This document shows positions 7,589 to 17,424 of a DNA stretch of 64,000 nucleotides, in pieces; the first letter of the stretch is position 1; each line of letters starts with the position of its first letter. Position numbers and translations under genes: made by a program. The notes below the pieces were generated by a model. The model had not been told where the DNA came from. It did no database searches and was given only the letters and a program-made list of their open reading frames with translations. This DNA is from an uncultured Desulfatitalea sp. (lineage in GTDB: Bacteria > Desulfobacterota > Desulfobacteria > Desulfobacterales > Desulfosarcinaceae): positions 1,408,001-1,472,000 of the forward strand of contig CAXXMB010000001.1 in assembly GCA_963668675.2 (NCBI GenBank), given 5' to 3'.

Positions 7589-9237
7589 AAAAGGTGTGGG
7601 GCAACACACGAGGTCTTAAAAGCGGACAACTCAAACGCCTGGAGAATTTATACCGGAGACGTGTATCCCCCGACTTCCTGATTACGGCTGAACTGGCACG
7701 CGACATCGGTCTGCTCTCCCGTGAGATTCAACGCCAAATCGGCCTGCTTATCAACCGCACCGGCAAAATCGCTTATGTCCTCGTCGGAGATGCCCAGGGC
7801 ATCTTCATCCCCGAGCTTTCGGAGTACAGACTGAACCCTGGCAGATTGAGGGGTGTGCGCTGTATACATACCCATCTGAAAGCAGAGCCACTCAACCAGG
7901 ATGACCTCACCGACTTGGCAATGCTGCGTTTGGATGCCATGGCAGCCATTAATTTGAATGATGAAGGCCATCCCCGAAAAATCCACTGGGCCCATATTCT
8001 GCCAGGGCAAGATCTGAAGCGCCCGCCATACCAGATCATGCAGGATCTGCTCCCCCACCAGCTCTCTGTGGGCTGTACGGACCTCATTCTGGCGTTGGAG
8101 CGTGAAATGGCACTGATGGGGGCACGAACCAAAGCTTCGACAGGGGTGGAGCGTGCTCTCCTGTTCAGCGTCACTAACGCACCCCGCAAAAAGGCCCTCG
8201 ACTCTATTGCTGAATTGAAGGAACTGTGCCGTTCAGGAAGCATCGAAGTTGTAGATGCCATATTGCAGTTGCGCAAGCAGATCGATCCCCGAACGCTTAT
8301 GGGGCGCGGAAAACTGAAGGAGTTGGCCATTCAGGCCATGCAACTGGGTGTCAGCATGGTCATTTTCGACCAGGAGTTGAACGCATCCCAAATCAAGTCC
8401 ATTACCGATCAGATTGAGCTTAAAGTGATCGATCGCACCCAACTGATTTTGGATATCTTTGCCCAGCGTGCCCGCAGCAAAGAGGGTAAACTGCAAGTCG
8501 AGCTGGCCCAGTTGAAATACCTGCTGCCAAGGCTGGTTACCAAGAATACGGCCATGTCGCGCCTGACGGGTGGCATTGGTGGTAGAGGCCCCGGAGAGAC
8601 CAAGCTTGAGATCAACCGCAGGAGGATTCGGGACAGGATCAACCATCTCGAAAGAGCCCTGGGCCAAGTGCAGAAGCACCGTAAGCAGCAACGCCACCAA
8701 AGAGAACAACGTGGTGTTCCGATCATTTCGATTATCGGCTATACCAATGCCGGAAAATCGACGCTTCTCAATACGCTCACCCATAGTGATGTCCTTGCAG
8801 AGGGTCGGCTCTTCGCCACCCTTGATCCCTCGAGTCGGAGGTTGCGTTTTCCAAGGGACATCGAAGTCCTTATCACCGACACGGTCGGATTCATCCGAAA
8901 TCTTCCCAAGGATCTGATGATCGCCTTTCGCGCCACACTGGAGGAGTTGGAAAACGCCGATCTACTGTTGCATGTCATCGATATCAGCAACCCCCGTTGT
9001 GGTGAACAAATCGAGGCAGTGGAGACAATTTTAGACGAGCTATCGTTGGTCCACATTCCCCAGGTTCGGGCCCTGAACAAGATGGACCTTGTTCCGGAGG
9101 CCGAGCTATCTCTACGGGCAGAGCGCTTGGCCGGCATACCGATCTGTGCCCGCAAACGAGAGACCCTTTTGCCCCTGATCGATAAGATGGCGACCATTAT
9201 TGATGCTGCTGGCACAACGGACACAACCAATTACTGA
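7585..9237 (+). CDS. hflX: GTPase HflX (long form with extra N-terminal domain)
   Basis: DRTQLILDIFAQRA, GGIGGRGPGETKLE, GYTNAGKST, LFATLDP, DTVGF, NKMD; ATGA overlap with dnaB. Confidence 0.97.
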   Translation: MKKVWGNTRGLKSGQLKRLENLYRRRVSPDFLITAELARDIGLLSREIQRQIGLLINRTGKIAYVLVGDAQGIFIPELSEYRLNPGRLRGVRCIHTHLKAEPLNQDDLTDLAMLRLDAMAAINLNDEGHPRKIHWAHILPGQDLKRPPYQIMQDLLPHQLSVGCTDLILALEREMALMGARTKASTGVERALLFSVTNAPRKKALDSIAELKELCRSGSIEVVDAILQLRKQIDPRTLMGRGKLKELAIQAMQLGVSMVIFDQELNASQIKSITDQIELKVIDRTQLILDIFAQRARSKEGKLQVELAQLKYLLPRLVTKNTAMSRLTGGIGGRGPGETKLEINRRRIRDRINHLERALGQVQKHRKQQRHQREQRGVPIISIIGYTNAGKSTLLNTLTHSDVLAEGRLFATLDPSSRRLRFPRDIEVLITDTVGFIRNLPKDLMIAFRATLEELENADLLLHVIDISNPRCGEQIEAVETILDELSLVHIPQVRALNKMDLVPEAELSLRAERLAGIPICARKRETLLPLIDKMATIIDAAGTTDTTNY

Positions 9238-9337
9238 TTTAACCTATTGTTGAAACCCCTCTAAGTCGAAATCTGACCGCCCGCCCTTTCTTTGACGCTT
9301 GACAACCAAATGGATAAGCGGATAGAGTGCCCCTCTT

Positions 9338-10141
9338 ATGGATTTGGAAAAAATAATGCGCACAGCGACCCGGGCGGCCTATCGCGCCGGCCGGATATTG
9401 AACGGCCACTTCGGGAGTGTCAAACAGTTGCCCAAAAAAGGGGCGATCGATCTGGTTACCGAAGCGGATCTGGAGGCAGAGCAAGCCATCATTGCAACGA
9501 TTCGGGAGATCTATCCGGATCATGGCATACTGGCTGAAGAGAGCGGCGCATCCGGAAACAGACAAGCCGGGCGCCAAACCTGGCGATGGATCATCGACCC
9601 ACTGGACGGCACAACCAATTATGCACACGCCCTCCCCATCTATGCGGTCTCCATTGCCTTCGCTCAACAGGAAAAAGTGTTGATGGGTCTGGTCTTCAAC
9701 CCCTCCAGTGGCGAGCTCTTCACAGCATTCCATGGGCAGGGCGCCCAATTGAACGGTGAAGCCATTGGCGTCTCTTCTACCGAGAAACTCAACGAGAGCC
9801 TTCTTGTTACCGGATTTCCATACACCGTAGCGACGCACACCCCCCGATGGGCCATGGCGCGTTTCGAACGCTGCCTCACTTCCGCCCAAGGAGTTCGACG
9901 ACTTGGCTCGGCCGCCTTGGATCTATGCTATGTGGCTTGTGGCCGTTTCGAAGGGTTTTGGGAAGAGAATTTGAAGCCCTGGGATACCGCCGCCGGGATG
10001 TGCATCGTGGAAGAGGCTGGCGGCGTGATATCCGATTACTCAGGTCAGCCCTATTCAATTGAAGATCGGCAGATTTTGGCGACTAACAGCCATATTCATA
10101 GTGAAATGGTGACGCTTTTAACAGGAGAGGATACGTATTGA
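9338..10141 (+). CDS. suhB: Inositol monophosphatase family protein
   Basis: DLVTEAD, WIIDPLDGTTNY, RRLGSAALDLCYVA, WDTAAG. Confidence 0.93.
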   Translation: MDLEKIMRTATRAAYRAGRILNGHFGSVKQLPKKGAIDLVTEADLEAEQAIIATIREIYPDHGILAEESGASGNRQAGRQTWRWIIDPLDGTTNYAHALPIYAVSIAFAQQEKVLMGLVFNPSSGELFTAFHGQGAQLNGEAIGVSSTEKLNESLLVTGFPYTVATHTPRWAMARFERCLTSAQGVRRLGSAALDLCYVACGRFEGFWEENLKPWDTAAGMCIVEEAGGVISDYSGQPYSIEDRQILATNSHIHSEMVTLLTGEDTY

Positions 10142-10338
10142 TGAGCAAAGACCAGCCCGTAATGGCATCTTTCATAGACCAATTGGATTGCTTCGGGGAT
10201 TACGACAGGACCAATACCCTCTGCGCCAAACATTGCGTGATCCGAATACGTTGCGCCATCGAACAGGATCAGAACCTGAAGCTGGAACTGCTCTCCGATC
10301 TCGCTGGTGCTGACGATATGCTCGGCACCATTCAATAG
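10141..10338 (+). CDS. Small four-cysteine hypothetical protein
   Basis: TGATG overlap with suhB stop, GGAGAGG SD; CFGDY-x6-C-x3-C-x5-C. Confidence 0.65.
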   Translation: MSKDQPVMASFIDQLDCFGDYDRTNTLCAKHCVIRIRCAIEQDQNLKLELLSDLAGADDMLGTIQ

Positions 10339-10397
10339 CAATAGCCCTCTGCCCAGACACCTTCGCCTCATGGTGCCGGCGACAACACTACTCCGGC

Positions 10398-11738
10398 TTA
10401 GTATTCACCTCTGTCCAACCGCTTACAAAAGTACTCGACATGGCGTTGGATGATACCGCCCTGCCGAATTCCCTTTTCGACGGCGCCAATGGCGTGCAGC
10501 GCTGTGGCGTGGTAGCGATTGAAACTCTTCCCGATGGCCTGAAGCGGTTGATCCGTGTATCGTCGGGCCAGATAGATGGCAACTTGGCGGGGACGCACAT
10601 GGGCATGTTTGCGCGAGCGTGAGACCAAATCTTTTTGAGAAATTTTGTAGTATTTGCAGACAAGTCCCTTGATACCGCCAATGGTGATCGACTGGGACTG
10701 ACGCACCATGTTTTTAACGACATCACTCGCCAGATCGATGTCGATGGGGCACCCGAGAAGTGATGCTTTGGCCGAAACACCGACCAGGCCGCTTTTCAAT
10801 TGGCGCACATCCTGGCTGAGTTCCGTGGCCAGAAAAGCCAGCACCTCGTTCGGCACATCCCATTGGTTGTCGTGGGTGTATTTCTTCAGGATTTTGATGC
10901 GCATGCGATAATCTGGCGGTTCGATATTGGAGATCAATCCGCTGGTCAGTCGCGAACGAAGATTTTCGTTGAGCTTTGGAATATCCGAGGGAGAGCAGCA
11001 GCTTGAGAAAATAATCTTCTTGTTTTCGTTATAGAGAGAGTCCAGCGTATGCGCCAGTTCGATCTGAGTCCGCTCTTTGCCACTGAGATAGTGGATATCT
11101 TCAAGCAACAAAACGTCACATCCATTGTGATATTTGGCTTTGAATTTACCCACCGAATTATTCTTAAATGAGGAGACCATCTCGTTGGTAAAATCTTCTG
11201 CGGTCATATAGTAGACGCGCTCCGCATTCGATTCCGAAAGAATTTGATGCCCGATGGCTTGCGACAGATGGCTCTTGCCCATACCGGTCTTTGACAACAA
11301 GAAGAGGGAGTGTTGTTGCGCGTTTTTACGCATTGCCAAGGAGAGCGCCGCGGAATAGGCAAACTCGTTGTTCTTCCCGACCACAAACTGGTCGAAAGTA
11401 TAGTCCTGGCGCAACAGCCTCCCAAAATGGGGTTGGTGGTCTATATTGGGCAGCGGCATCTGTTCCGGTGGAGCTGGCAGATCCGATTTCTCCCCATTAC
11501 CGCTGGCAACCACCAATTTTAACTCAACCGAATTACCCGTCACTTTTTCCAGCTCATCGTGAAGCAACGCGCCGAAATGGTCCATGACCCTCCGACGGAA
11601 AAACAGATTAGGGCATTTGAGTTGCAGTACATTGGAATCGGCATCCCCCAACTTCAAGGGTTCGATCCACATGCGGTAAGCGTGGGGTGGGATCAGTCCA
11701 TTCAGCGCCGCTTTTACCTTCTGCCAGATATGCTCCAT
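10398..11738 (-). CDS. dnaA: DnaA paralogue (full-length, divergent chromosomal replication initiator family)
   Basis: Domain I (WIEPL...PNLF), YTFDQFVVGKNN, GMGKSHL, LRSRL.SGL, domain IV RPRQVAIYL; not linked to dnaN; start may be TTG 11753. Confidence 0.9.
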   Translation of the reverse strand: MEHIWQKVKAALNGLIPPHAYRMWIEPLKLGDADSNVLQLKCPNLFFRRRVMDHFGALLHDELEKVTGNSVELKLVVASGNGEKSDLPAPPEQMPLPNIDHQPHFGRLLRQDYTFDQFVVGKNNEFAYSAALSLAMRKNAQQHSLFLLSKTGMGKSHLSQAIGHQILSESNAERVYYMTAEDFTNEMVSSFKNNSVGKFKAKYHNGCDVLLLEDIHYLSGKERTQIELAHTLDSLYNENKKIIFSSCCSPSDIPKLNENLRSRLTSGLISNIEPPDYRMRIKILKKYTHDNQWDVPNEVLAFLATELSQDVRQLKSGLVGVSAKASLLGCPIDIDLASDVVKNMVRQSQSITIGGIKGLVCKYYKISQKDLVSRSRKHAHVRPRQVAIYLARRYTDQPLQAIGKSFNRYHATALHAIGAVEKGIRQGGIIQRHVEYFCKRLDRGEY

Positions 11739-12141
11739 ATTGCCGTTCCCCAATAGCTCTTTTCACAAACCAAATACGAAACACCGTTCTCTATTTTGCT
11801 GAACACTACCTCGGTCCATATGCAATAAAGTCAGGCAAACGCCAAGTAAATCAGACAGTTTTGTTAAATATACCGGATTATTCAAGAAGGTCGCTCTGCA
11901 TGAAAAGTATGGATGTGTAATAGGGCAGACACCATAAACTGTCAATCCGAAAGATATCTGTTCTCCTCACACGATCCTAACACAATGTCAACACTCTCCT
12001 AATTTTCTGTTTATACTCGATATTTTTTTATTTGACACGCCAGGCACAGATAAACAGGCACCCTGACAACACCCATGGATCCATAAGCATTTTAAGCAGA
12101 TCCGCAGTTATAGACAATATGTCGACAAATCATGTTCTCCC

Positions 12142-12177
12142 ATTTTCTTTATTTTTCTCTAATTTTCTACATTTTCT
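12142..12177 (+). repeat. Four helically phased ATTTTCT-like repeats
   Basis: cattttcttt atttttctct aattttctac attttctaaa: T tracts every ~10 bp; a further AATTTTCT copy at 12001. Confidence 0.7.
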
Positions 12178-12575
12178 AAAATTGCATCTCCAGCGAAGAC
12201 GTACGGTTCCACTCATTGCAACGCCCACTTTTTTATAAAAAACATTCAAATGGATTTCCAATAGTTGTCCCATACTCGAAAATAAGTCTGCTTCACTGCG
12301 CACGCTTCCTGCATACGATTCTCTCCTTGATCAAGAATAAAAATAGTTTACATCCTCCCTGCCCAACGTTATTACAAACGGTGTTAATAGAGACAAGGTC
12401 CGATTCGTCGTTCTGCGCCATCTCCTAAGCAATCAAGGTTTAGAAACGTTAAGGTTATTGCAGGCAGAGCCAAAACTTTCGATATTCTCGAACACCAATC
12501 CATCTTCTGAGAAGACAACGCTTCCCAGGCATACCGACGCCGGGTTACTCAATCGACTCGATGGAAACAAGATTA

Positions 12576-15410
12576 ATGAACACCATCAAAATCCGCGGCG
12601 CAAGGCAGCACAACCTGAAGAACATCGACCTCGATATTCCCCGGGACCGGATCGTTATCATTACAGGACTGTCAGGATCGGGAAAATCGACACTGGCCTT
12701 TGACACCTTGTATGCGGAGGGTCAGCGGCGCTATGTAGAGTCCCTCTCAACCTATGCGCGCCAATTCCTCGAGCGCCTGGAGAAGCCGGATGTCGATCTC
12801 ATCGAAGGCCTCTCCCCTTCGATTGCCATCGAACAGAAAACTGCCGGTCACAACCCCCGCTCCACGGTAGGAACAGTAACGGAAATATACGACTATCTTC
12901 GCCTGCTCTATGCCAGAATCGGAACACCCCACTGCCATCGGTGCGGCAGCCCGGTAACCTCCCAAACCATCGATCAGATGGTGGATGCTGTGGGAGAATT
13001 GACCGAAGGGTCTCGAATTCAGATCATGGCGCCACTGGTCAATTCGAAAAAGGGCAGCCACATCGATGTTCTCAAACGCCTCAAACGAGACGGTTTTGCA
13101 CGGGTGCGTATTGATGGTGATATATTGGATATCGAAGAGATACACCCTTTGACCAAAGGGAAAAAGCACTCGATCGACGCGGTGGTGGATCGTCTGATCA
13201 TCAAAGAGGGGATCCACAACCGATTGGCCGATTCTCTCGAACTGGCCCTCTCCATTTCCGGCGGATACGCCGAAGTGCTTTGCCAGGCACCGGGGAGGCC
13301 TGAGATGTCCGATACCTTTCTCTTCAGTGAAAAGGCAGCCTGCCATCAATGCGGTACCACCTACCCTGAATTCACACCGTCCAACTTCTCTTTCAATTCA
13401 CCCAACGGGGCATGCCCCGAATGCGATGGCATCGGCACGCGAACCGTGTTCGACCGTGAACTCATCGTGCCCAATCCTGAACTCTCGCTTCGGGAAGGGG
13501 CCGTCGGCCCTTGGGCCAACCGTCAATCCGTCTACTTCTTTGAATTCCTGGAGGCATTTGCACACCGATACCATACGGATATCGATACGCCGTTCAAAAT
13601 GCTGCCCGAAGCGTTCCGGGAGGCGCTCTACTATGGGAGCGGGAAGACCACGATCCAGTTCTCCGTGGATCGCGATTCAGGCCACCATTTATATAACAAG
13701 CCCTTCGAGGGTCTCGTCCCGCAACTCCAGCGCCGCTACAGGGAGACCCAGTCGGCCCAGATCAGAGAAGAGCTTCAGCAATACATGTCCCATCTGCCCT
13801 GCACACGCTGCAACGGTGCGAGGTTGAAACCCGAGAGTCTGGCCGTAAAGATAGAAAAGTGGGCCATTCATCAAGTCACAGCTCTCTCCATCGGCCAAGC
13901 TGTAGAACTTTTCCGCGCCCTCGCTCTGGATGGCCAGAAGGCCCTGGTTGCAGAAAAAATTGTAAGGGAGATTATCGAACGTTTGGAATTCCTTAACGAT
14001 GTAGGTTTGTCTTACCTTGCCCTGGATCGTGCCGCCCACACTCTGTCCGGCGGTGAAAGCCAGCGCATTCGCCTTGCCACCCAAATCGGTGCAAAACTGA
14101 CTGGGGTGCTCTACGTGTTGGATGAACCCAGCATCGGCCTTCACCAACGCGACAACGCCAGATTGCTACAAACATTGATCAAGATGCGTGACCTGGGCAA
14201 CACCGTACTGGTCGTGGAGCACGATCAGGAGACCATCGAAGCGGCGGATCATGTCATTGACATGGGACCGGGGGCCGGTATCAATGGCGGTCGTGTGGTT
14301 TTTGCCGGTTCGTCAGGGGAACTGCTCCTATCCAAAGCGTCATTGACAGGCCAATACCTCTCCGGCAGAAAAATGATTGCCATTCCCCAAAAAAGGCGTA
14401 AAGGCAACGGTCATGCGATCATCATCGATGGTGCCGCCCAAAACAACCTGAAGAGCGTTACCGTCCGATTTCCCCTGGGTTGCCTTATCTGTGTGACGGG
14501 GGTATCGGGTTCGGGCAAATCGAGCCTGGTCATCGAAACACTGCATCACTCCCTCTCCCGTCATTTTTATCACAGCAGGGTGGTCGCAGGGCGGCATAAC
14601 CGCATCGCAGGGATCGAGCACATCGACAAAGTGATCAATATCGATCAGTCCCCCATCGGACGTACACCTCGCTCCAACCCCGGTACCTATACTGGACTCT
14701 TCTCCTTTGTTCGCGACCTCTTCTCCAAAACCCCCGAGGCACGCATGCGCGGCTACAGGCCGGGAAGGTTCAGCTTCAACGTCAAAGGGGGGCGTTGCGA
14801 AGCGTGCCGGGGCGATGGCATCATCAGAATTGAGATGCATTTTCTTCCCGACGTATACGTCCCGTGCGACATATGCCATGGAAAACGCTACAATCGGGAA
14901 ACATTGGAGGTCAGGTACAAAGGCAGGAACATAGCCGAAGTGCTGGACATGACGGTCAACCAGGCGCTCGAATTCTTCAAGAACATTGCTTCTATCCGAA
15001 AGAAGTTGCAAACCCTTGTGGAGGTTGGTCTGGGCTACATCCATCTGGGCCAGCCAGCCACAACGCTTTCCGGTGGCGAGGCCCAACGCGTAAAGCTTTC
15101 CCGCGAGCTGAGCAAGAGAAGTACCGGTCGAACCATCTACATCCTGGACGAACCGACCACCGGATTGCACATGGACGATATCAACAAACTGCTAACCGTC
15201 CTAAACCGTCTCGTAAACAACGGCAACACCGTCGTCATCATCGAACACAATCTCGACGTGATCAAATCGGCAGATCACATCATCGACCTGGGGCCCGAAG
15301 GCGGTGACCGAGGTGGTTATGTGGTCGGAACAGGCTCACCGGAAGAGATCGCCATACTGGCCGATTCCTATACCGGACACTATCTGCAGAAGATACTCAA
15401 AGTAAGATAA
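12576..15410 (+). CDS. uvrA: Excinuclease ABC subunit A
   Basis: [17 protein letters not shown], zinc fingers, [31 protein letters not shown]. Confidence 0.99.
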   Translation: MNTIKIRGARQHNLKNIDLDIPRDRIVIITGLSGSGKSTLAFDTLYAEGQRRYVESLSTYARQFLERLEKPDVDLIEGLSPSIAIEQKTAGHNPRSTVGTVTEIYDYLRLLYARIGTPHCHRCGSPVTSQTIDQMVDAVGELTEGSRIQIMAPLVNSKKGSHIDVLKRLKRDGFARVRIDGDILDIEEIHPLTKGKKHSIDAVVDRLIIKEGIHNRLADSLELALSISGGYAEVLCQAPGRPEMSDTFLFSEKAACHQCGTTYPEFTPSNFSFNSPNGACPECDGIGTRTVFDRELIVPNPELSLREGAVGPWANRQSVYFFEFLEAFAHRYHTDIDTPFKMLPEAFREALYYGSGKTTIQFSVDRDSGHHLYNKPFEGLVPQLQRRYRETQSAQIREELQQYMSHLPCTRCNGARLKPESLAVKIEKWAIHQVTALSIGQAVELFRALALDGQKALVAEKIVREIIERLEFLNDVGLSYLALDRAAHTLSGGESQRIRLATQIGAKLTGVLYVLDEPSIGLHQRDNARLLQTLIKMRDLGNTVLVVEHDQETIEAADHVIDMGPGAGINGGRVVFAGSSGELLLSKASLTGQYLSGRKMIAIPQKRRKGNGHAIIIDGAAQNNLKSVTVRFPLGCLICVTGVSGSGKSSLVIETLHHSLSRHFYHSRVVAGRHNRIAGIEHIDKVINIDQSPIGRTPRSNPGTYTGLFSFVRDLFSKTPEARMRGYRPGRFSFNVKGGRCEACRGDGIIRIEMHFLPDVYVPCDICHGKRYNRETLEVRYKGRNIAEVLDMTVNQALEFFKNIASIRKKLQTLVEVGLGYIHLGQPATTLSGGEAQRVKLSRELSKRSTGRTIYILDEPTTGLHMDDINKLLTVLNRLVNNGNTVVIIEHNLDVIKSADHIIDLGPEGGDRGGYVVGTGSPEEIAILADSYTGHYLQKILKVR

Positions 15411-15444
15411 ACAGTAGAACCGATCGTGGTCGCATCGTGGGGAT

Positions 15445-15479
15445 AAAAAAAGGCGCCCCGCACAACAGTGAAGGGCGCC
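15445..15479 (-). terminator. Rho-independent terminator of F0 operon (possibly bidirectional)
   Basis: GGCGCCC...GGGCGCC stem with 7-T run on the minus strand between convergent uvrA and atpE. Confidence 0.75.
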
Positions 15480-15507
15480 CCATTTCAAATCTTACAAAGC
15501 GATAAAA

Positions 15508-15792
15508 CTAGTGTGCTCCGAGAAGCCCTGCGATGGCGCCGGCTTGGGGATGCGCATAGATCAGAATCAGCGCAACAACCAGAGCATAAATACAGAGAGA
15601 CTCGATCATGGCCAGACCGATCAGCAAGGTCACGGTCACTTTACCGGATGATTCGGGGTTGCGGGCGATGCCCTCAACAGCTGATTTCAGACCAAGGCCC
15701 TGGCCGATGCCGCAACCGAAAGCGGCGATGGCAATACCAAAACCAGCGGCGGTGACGCAAGCGATAAAGAATTGCAATGCTTGAGCTTCCAT
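15508..15792 (-). CDS. atpE: ATP synthase F0 subunit c
   Basis: GIGQG...EGIARNPE...[23 protein letters not shown]. Confidence 0.97.
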   Translation of the reverse strand: MEAQALQFFIACVTAAGFGIAIAAFGCGIGQGLGLKSAVEGIARNPESSGKVTVTLLIGLAMIESLCIYALVVALILIYAHPQAGAIAGLLGAH

Positions 15793-15897
15793 TTGTTTCA
15801 CTACCTCCTTATGAAGTGTTAGTATAATTGGGCTTCTTCCAGTAACCCAAACTTATTCAATGCCTTTCGGCATCTCATTTCACATTGCGGACACCCG

Positions 15898-16593
15898 TTA
15901 GTGGGCGTGCTCCATGGCGCCTTGAAAGTAGATAATCGACAGCAGAAAGAAGACAAACCCCTGCACGAAAGCCACGAAGATACCCAGGGCCATGATGGGC
16001 AAGGGGGCAAAAAAGGCACCCGCCAGGCCGAACAGAATTCCCAGAACGATCTCATGCCCCATCATATTTCCAAAGAGACGGAAAGAGAGGGAGAGAATAC
16101 GGGCTGCATGGCCGATGAGTTCGATGACGAAAATAAGCGGCGCCATCCACCAGACCGGCCCCATGAAGTGTTTGATATAGGCTGCGCCATGGTATTTCAC
16201 GCCGATAACGTGGGTAAAGACCACGACCACTATCGCACAGGAAGCGGTGGTGTTAAGGTTGGCCGTCGGCGGGAAAAAACCCGGGATGATGCCGATGAGG
16301 TTGCCGATAAAGACATATATGAAGACCGTCGCGGCCAGGGGTAAGAGCCAGCGCCCCTCCTCACCGATGGTTTCGACCATGAAGTTCTCGATGCCCGAAA
16401 CGACCAGTTCCATCAGATTCTGCAATTTTCCGGGGATCAACTGAACGCCTTTGCCGGCCAGAAAACCGACGATGATCAGAAAGGCCATCAGTACCCAGGA
16501 GTAGACCACGTAAGGATACTCGTGTGCGAAGTGGCCGGCGCCCTCACCGAAAAGCTCGAACAATTTTACGAAAAACAGATAGGGATGCTCCAT
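15898..16593 (-). CDS. atpB: ATP synthase F0 subunit a
   Basis: PPTANLN, LSLSFRLFGNM, QGFVFFLLS. Confidence 0.97.
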   Translation of the reverse strand: MEHPYLFFVKLFELFGEGAGHFAHEYPYVVYSWVLMAFLIIVGFLAGKGVQLIPGKLQNLMELVVSGIENFMVETIGEEGRWLLPLAATVFIYVFIGNLIGIIPGFFPPTANLNTTASCAIVVVVFTHVIGVKYHGAAYIKHFMGPVWWMAPLIFVIELIGHAARILSLSFRLFGNMMGHEIVLGILFGLAGAFFAPLPIMALGIFVAFVQGFVFFLLSIIYFQGAMEHAH

Positions 16594-16595
16594 CC

Positions 16596-16982
16596 TTAAA
16601 CCGCCTCCTTGCAGATCAGTCTCTTAACTTCCATGAGCGTGGCCAGGGTAATGCTGGCGACCACGACCGACAAACCGATAAACAATCCCAAAGGATTGAC
16701 CCAATGCTGTCGAATCAAGAAAAAAATGATGACGCCGCTGATGATGAATCGGACGTAATATTTGGCGAGTATGGCGTGGTGGGATGCCAGGTGCGGCGGT
16801 GCAAACGCCTTTTTCAGCGTCCTGGCCAACAGGTGAAAATTGACGGTCACAATCAGACCGCCGGCGATGATGCCCCACGCGAAAGGGGCGGGGGCAAGCA
16901 GTATGCCGCCCAAACTGGCCATCGCGAGAAGGATCCAATTGGCGCGTCTGACGAACTGTACGATCCGTTGTTGGATTTCCAC
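16596..16982 (-). CDS. atpI: ATP synthase protein I
   Basis: Four-TM protein directly upstream of atpB; KYYVRF and GLFIGLSVV segments. Confidence 0.85.
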   Translation of the reverse strand: MEIQQRIVQFVRRANWILLAMASLGGILLAPAPFAWGIIAGGLIVTVNFHLLARTLKKAFAPPHLASHHAILAKYYVRFIISGVIIFFLIRQHWVNPLGLFIGLSVVVASITLATLMEVKRLICKEAV

Positions 16983-17007
16983 CGTTCCCCGCCTGTTTAT
17001 GCCATGT

Positions 17008-17226
17008 TCACAATTTTCGGCTCTTTTTTATTGCCAAGCCGATGTTTTTGTATCCAGCTGCGATTCCAAGCCCTAAAAAGATTAACGTTAGCCATGGGGT
17101 CGTTTCCCATCGTCGGTCCAGGTAAACGCCGATAGCCAATCCGATAAAGATGGAAAGCGCCACAGAGAGGCCGATGGTGCTGAAGTAAGCCAACTCCTGT
17201 ATGTAGTGCCGCGTCTCTTTTTTCAT
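17008..17226 (-). CDS. atpZ: AtpZ/AtpI family two-TM protein
   Basis: G..IGVYLDRRW.TTPWLTLIFL.LGIAAG motif. Confidence 0.85.
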   Translation of the reverse strand: MKKETRHYIQELAYFSTIGLSVALSIFIGLAIGVYLDRRWETTPWLTLIFLGLGIAAGYKNIGLAIKKSRKL

Positions 17227-17424
17227 ACGAAAGAGCAGTTGCCGGAAAGCTGAATTAACAGCACATCAAGGAACGAGGAACTAACACAGCCGGCACTCCA
17301 AGTCAATGCAAATTGTTAAAACGATCGGTTTTAGCCGCATCGAGCTATCGACACCAAGGTAGTTGAAATCGCTCCAAAAGAGCTGCCTCCATGATAGGGG
17401 ATATCCCCTTCCCACCGGTGGCGT

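Noticed and set aside
11754..12560. Canonical oriC next to dnaA
   Set aside because: No perfect TTWTNCACA boxes seen and no dnaN, gyrB or rpmH nearby; kept only as an atypical candidate.
14340..15170. 276-aa antisense ORF
   Set aside because: Shadow of uvrA with no recognisable motifs.
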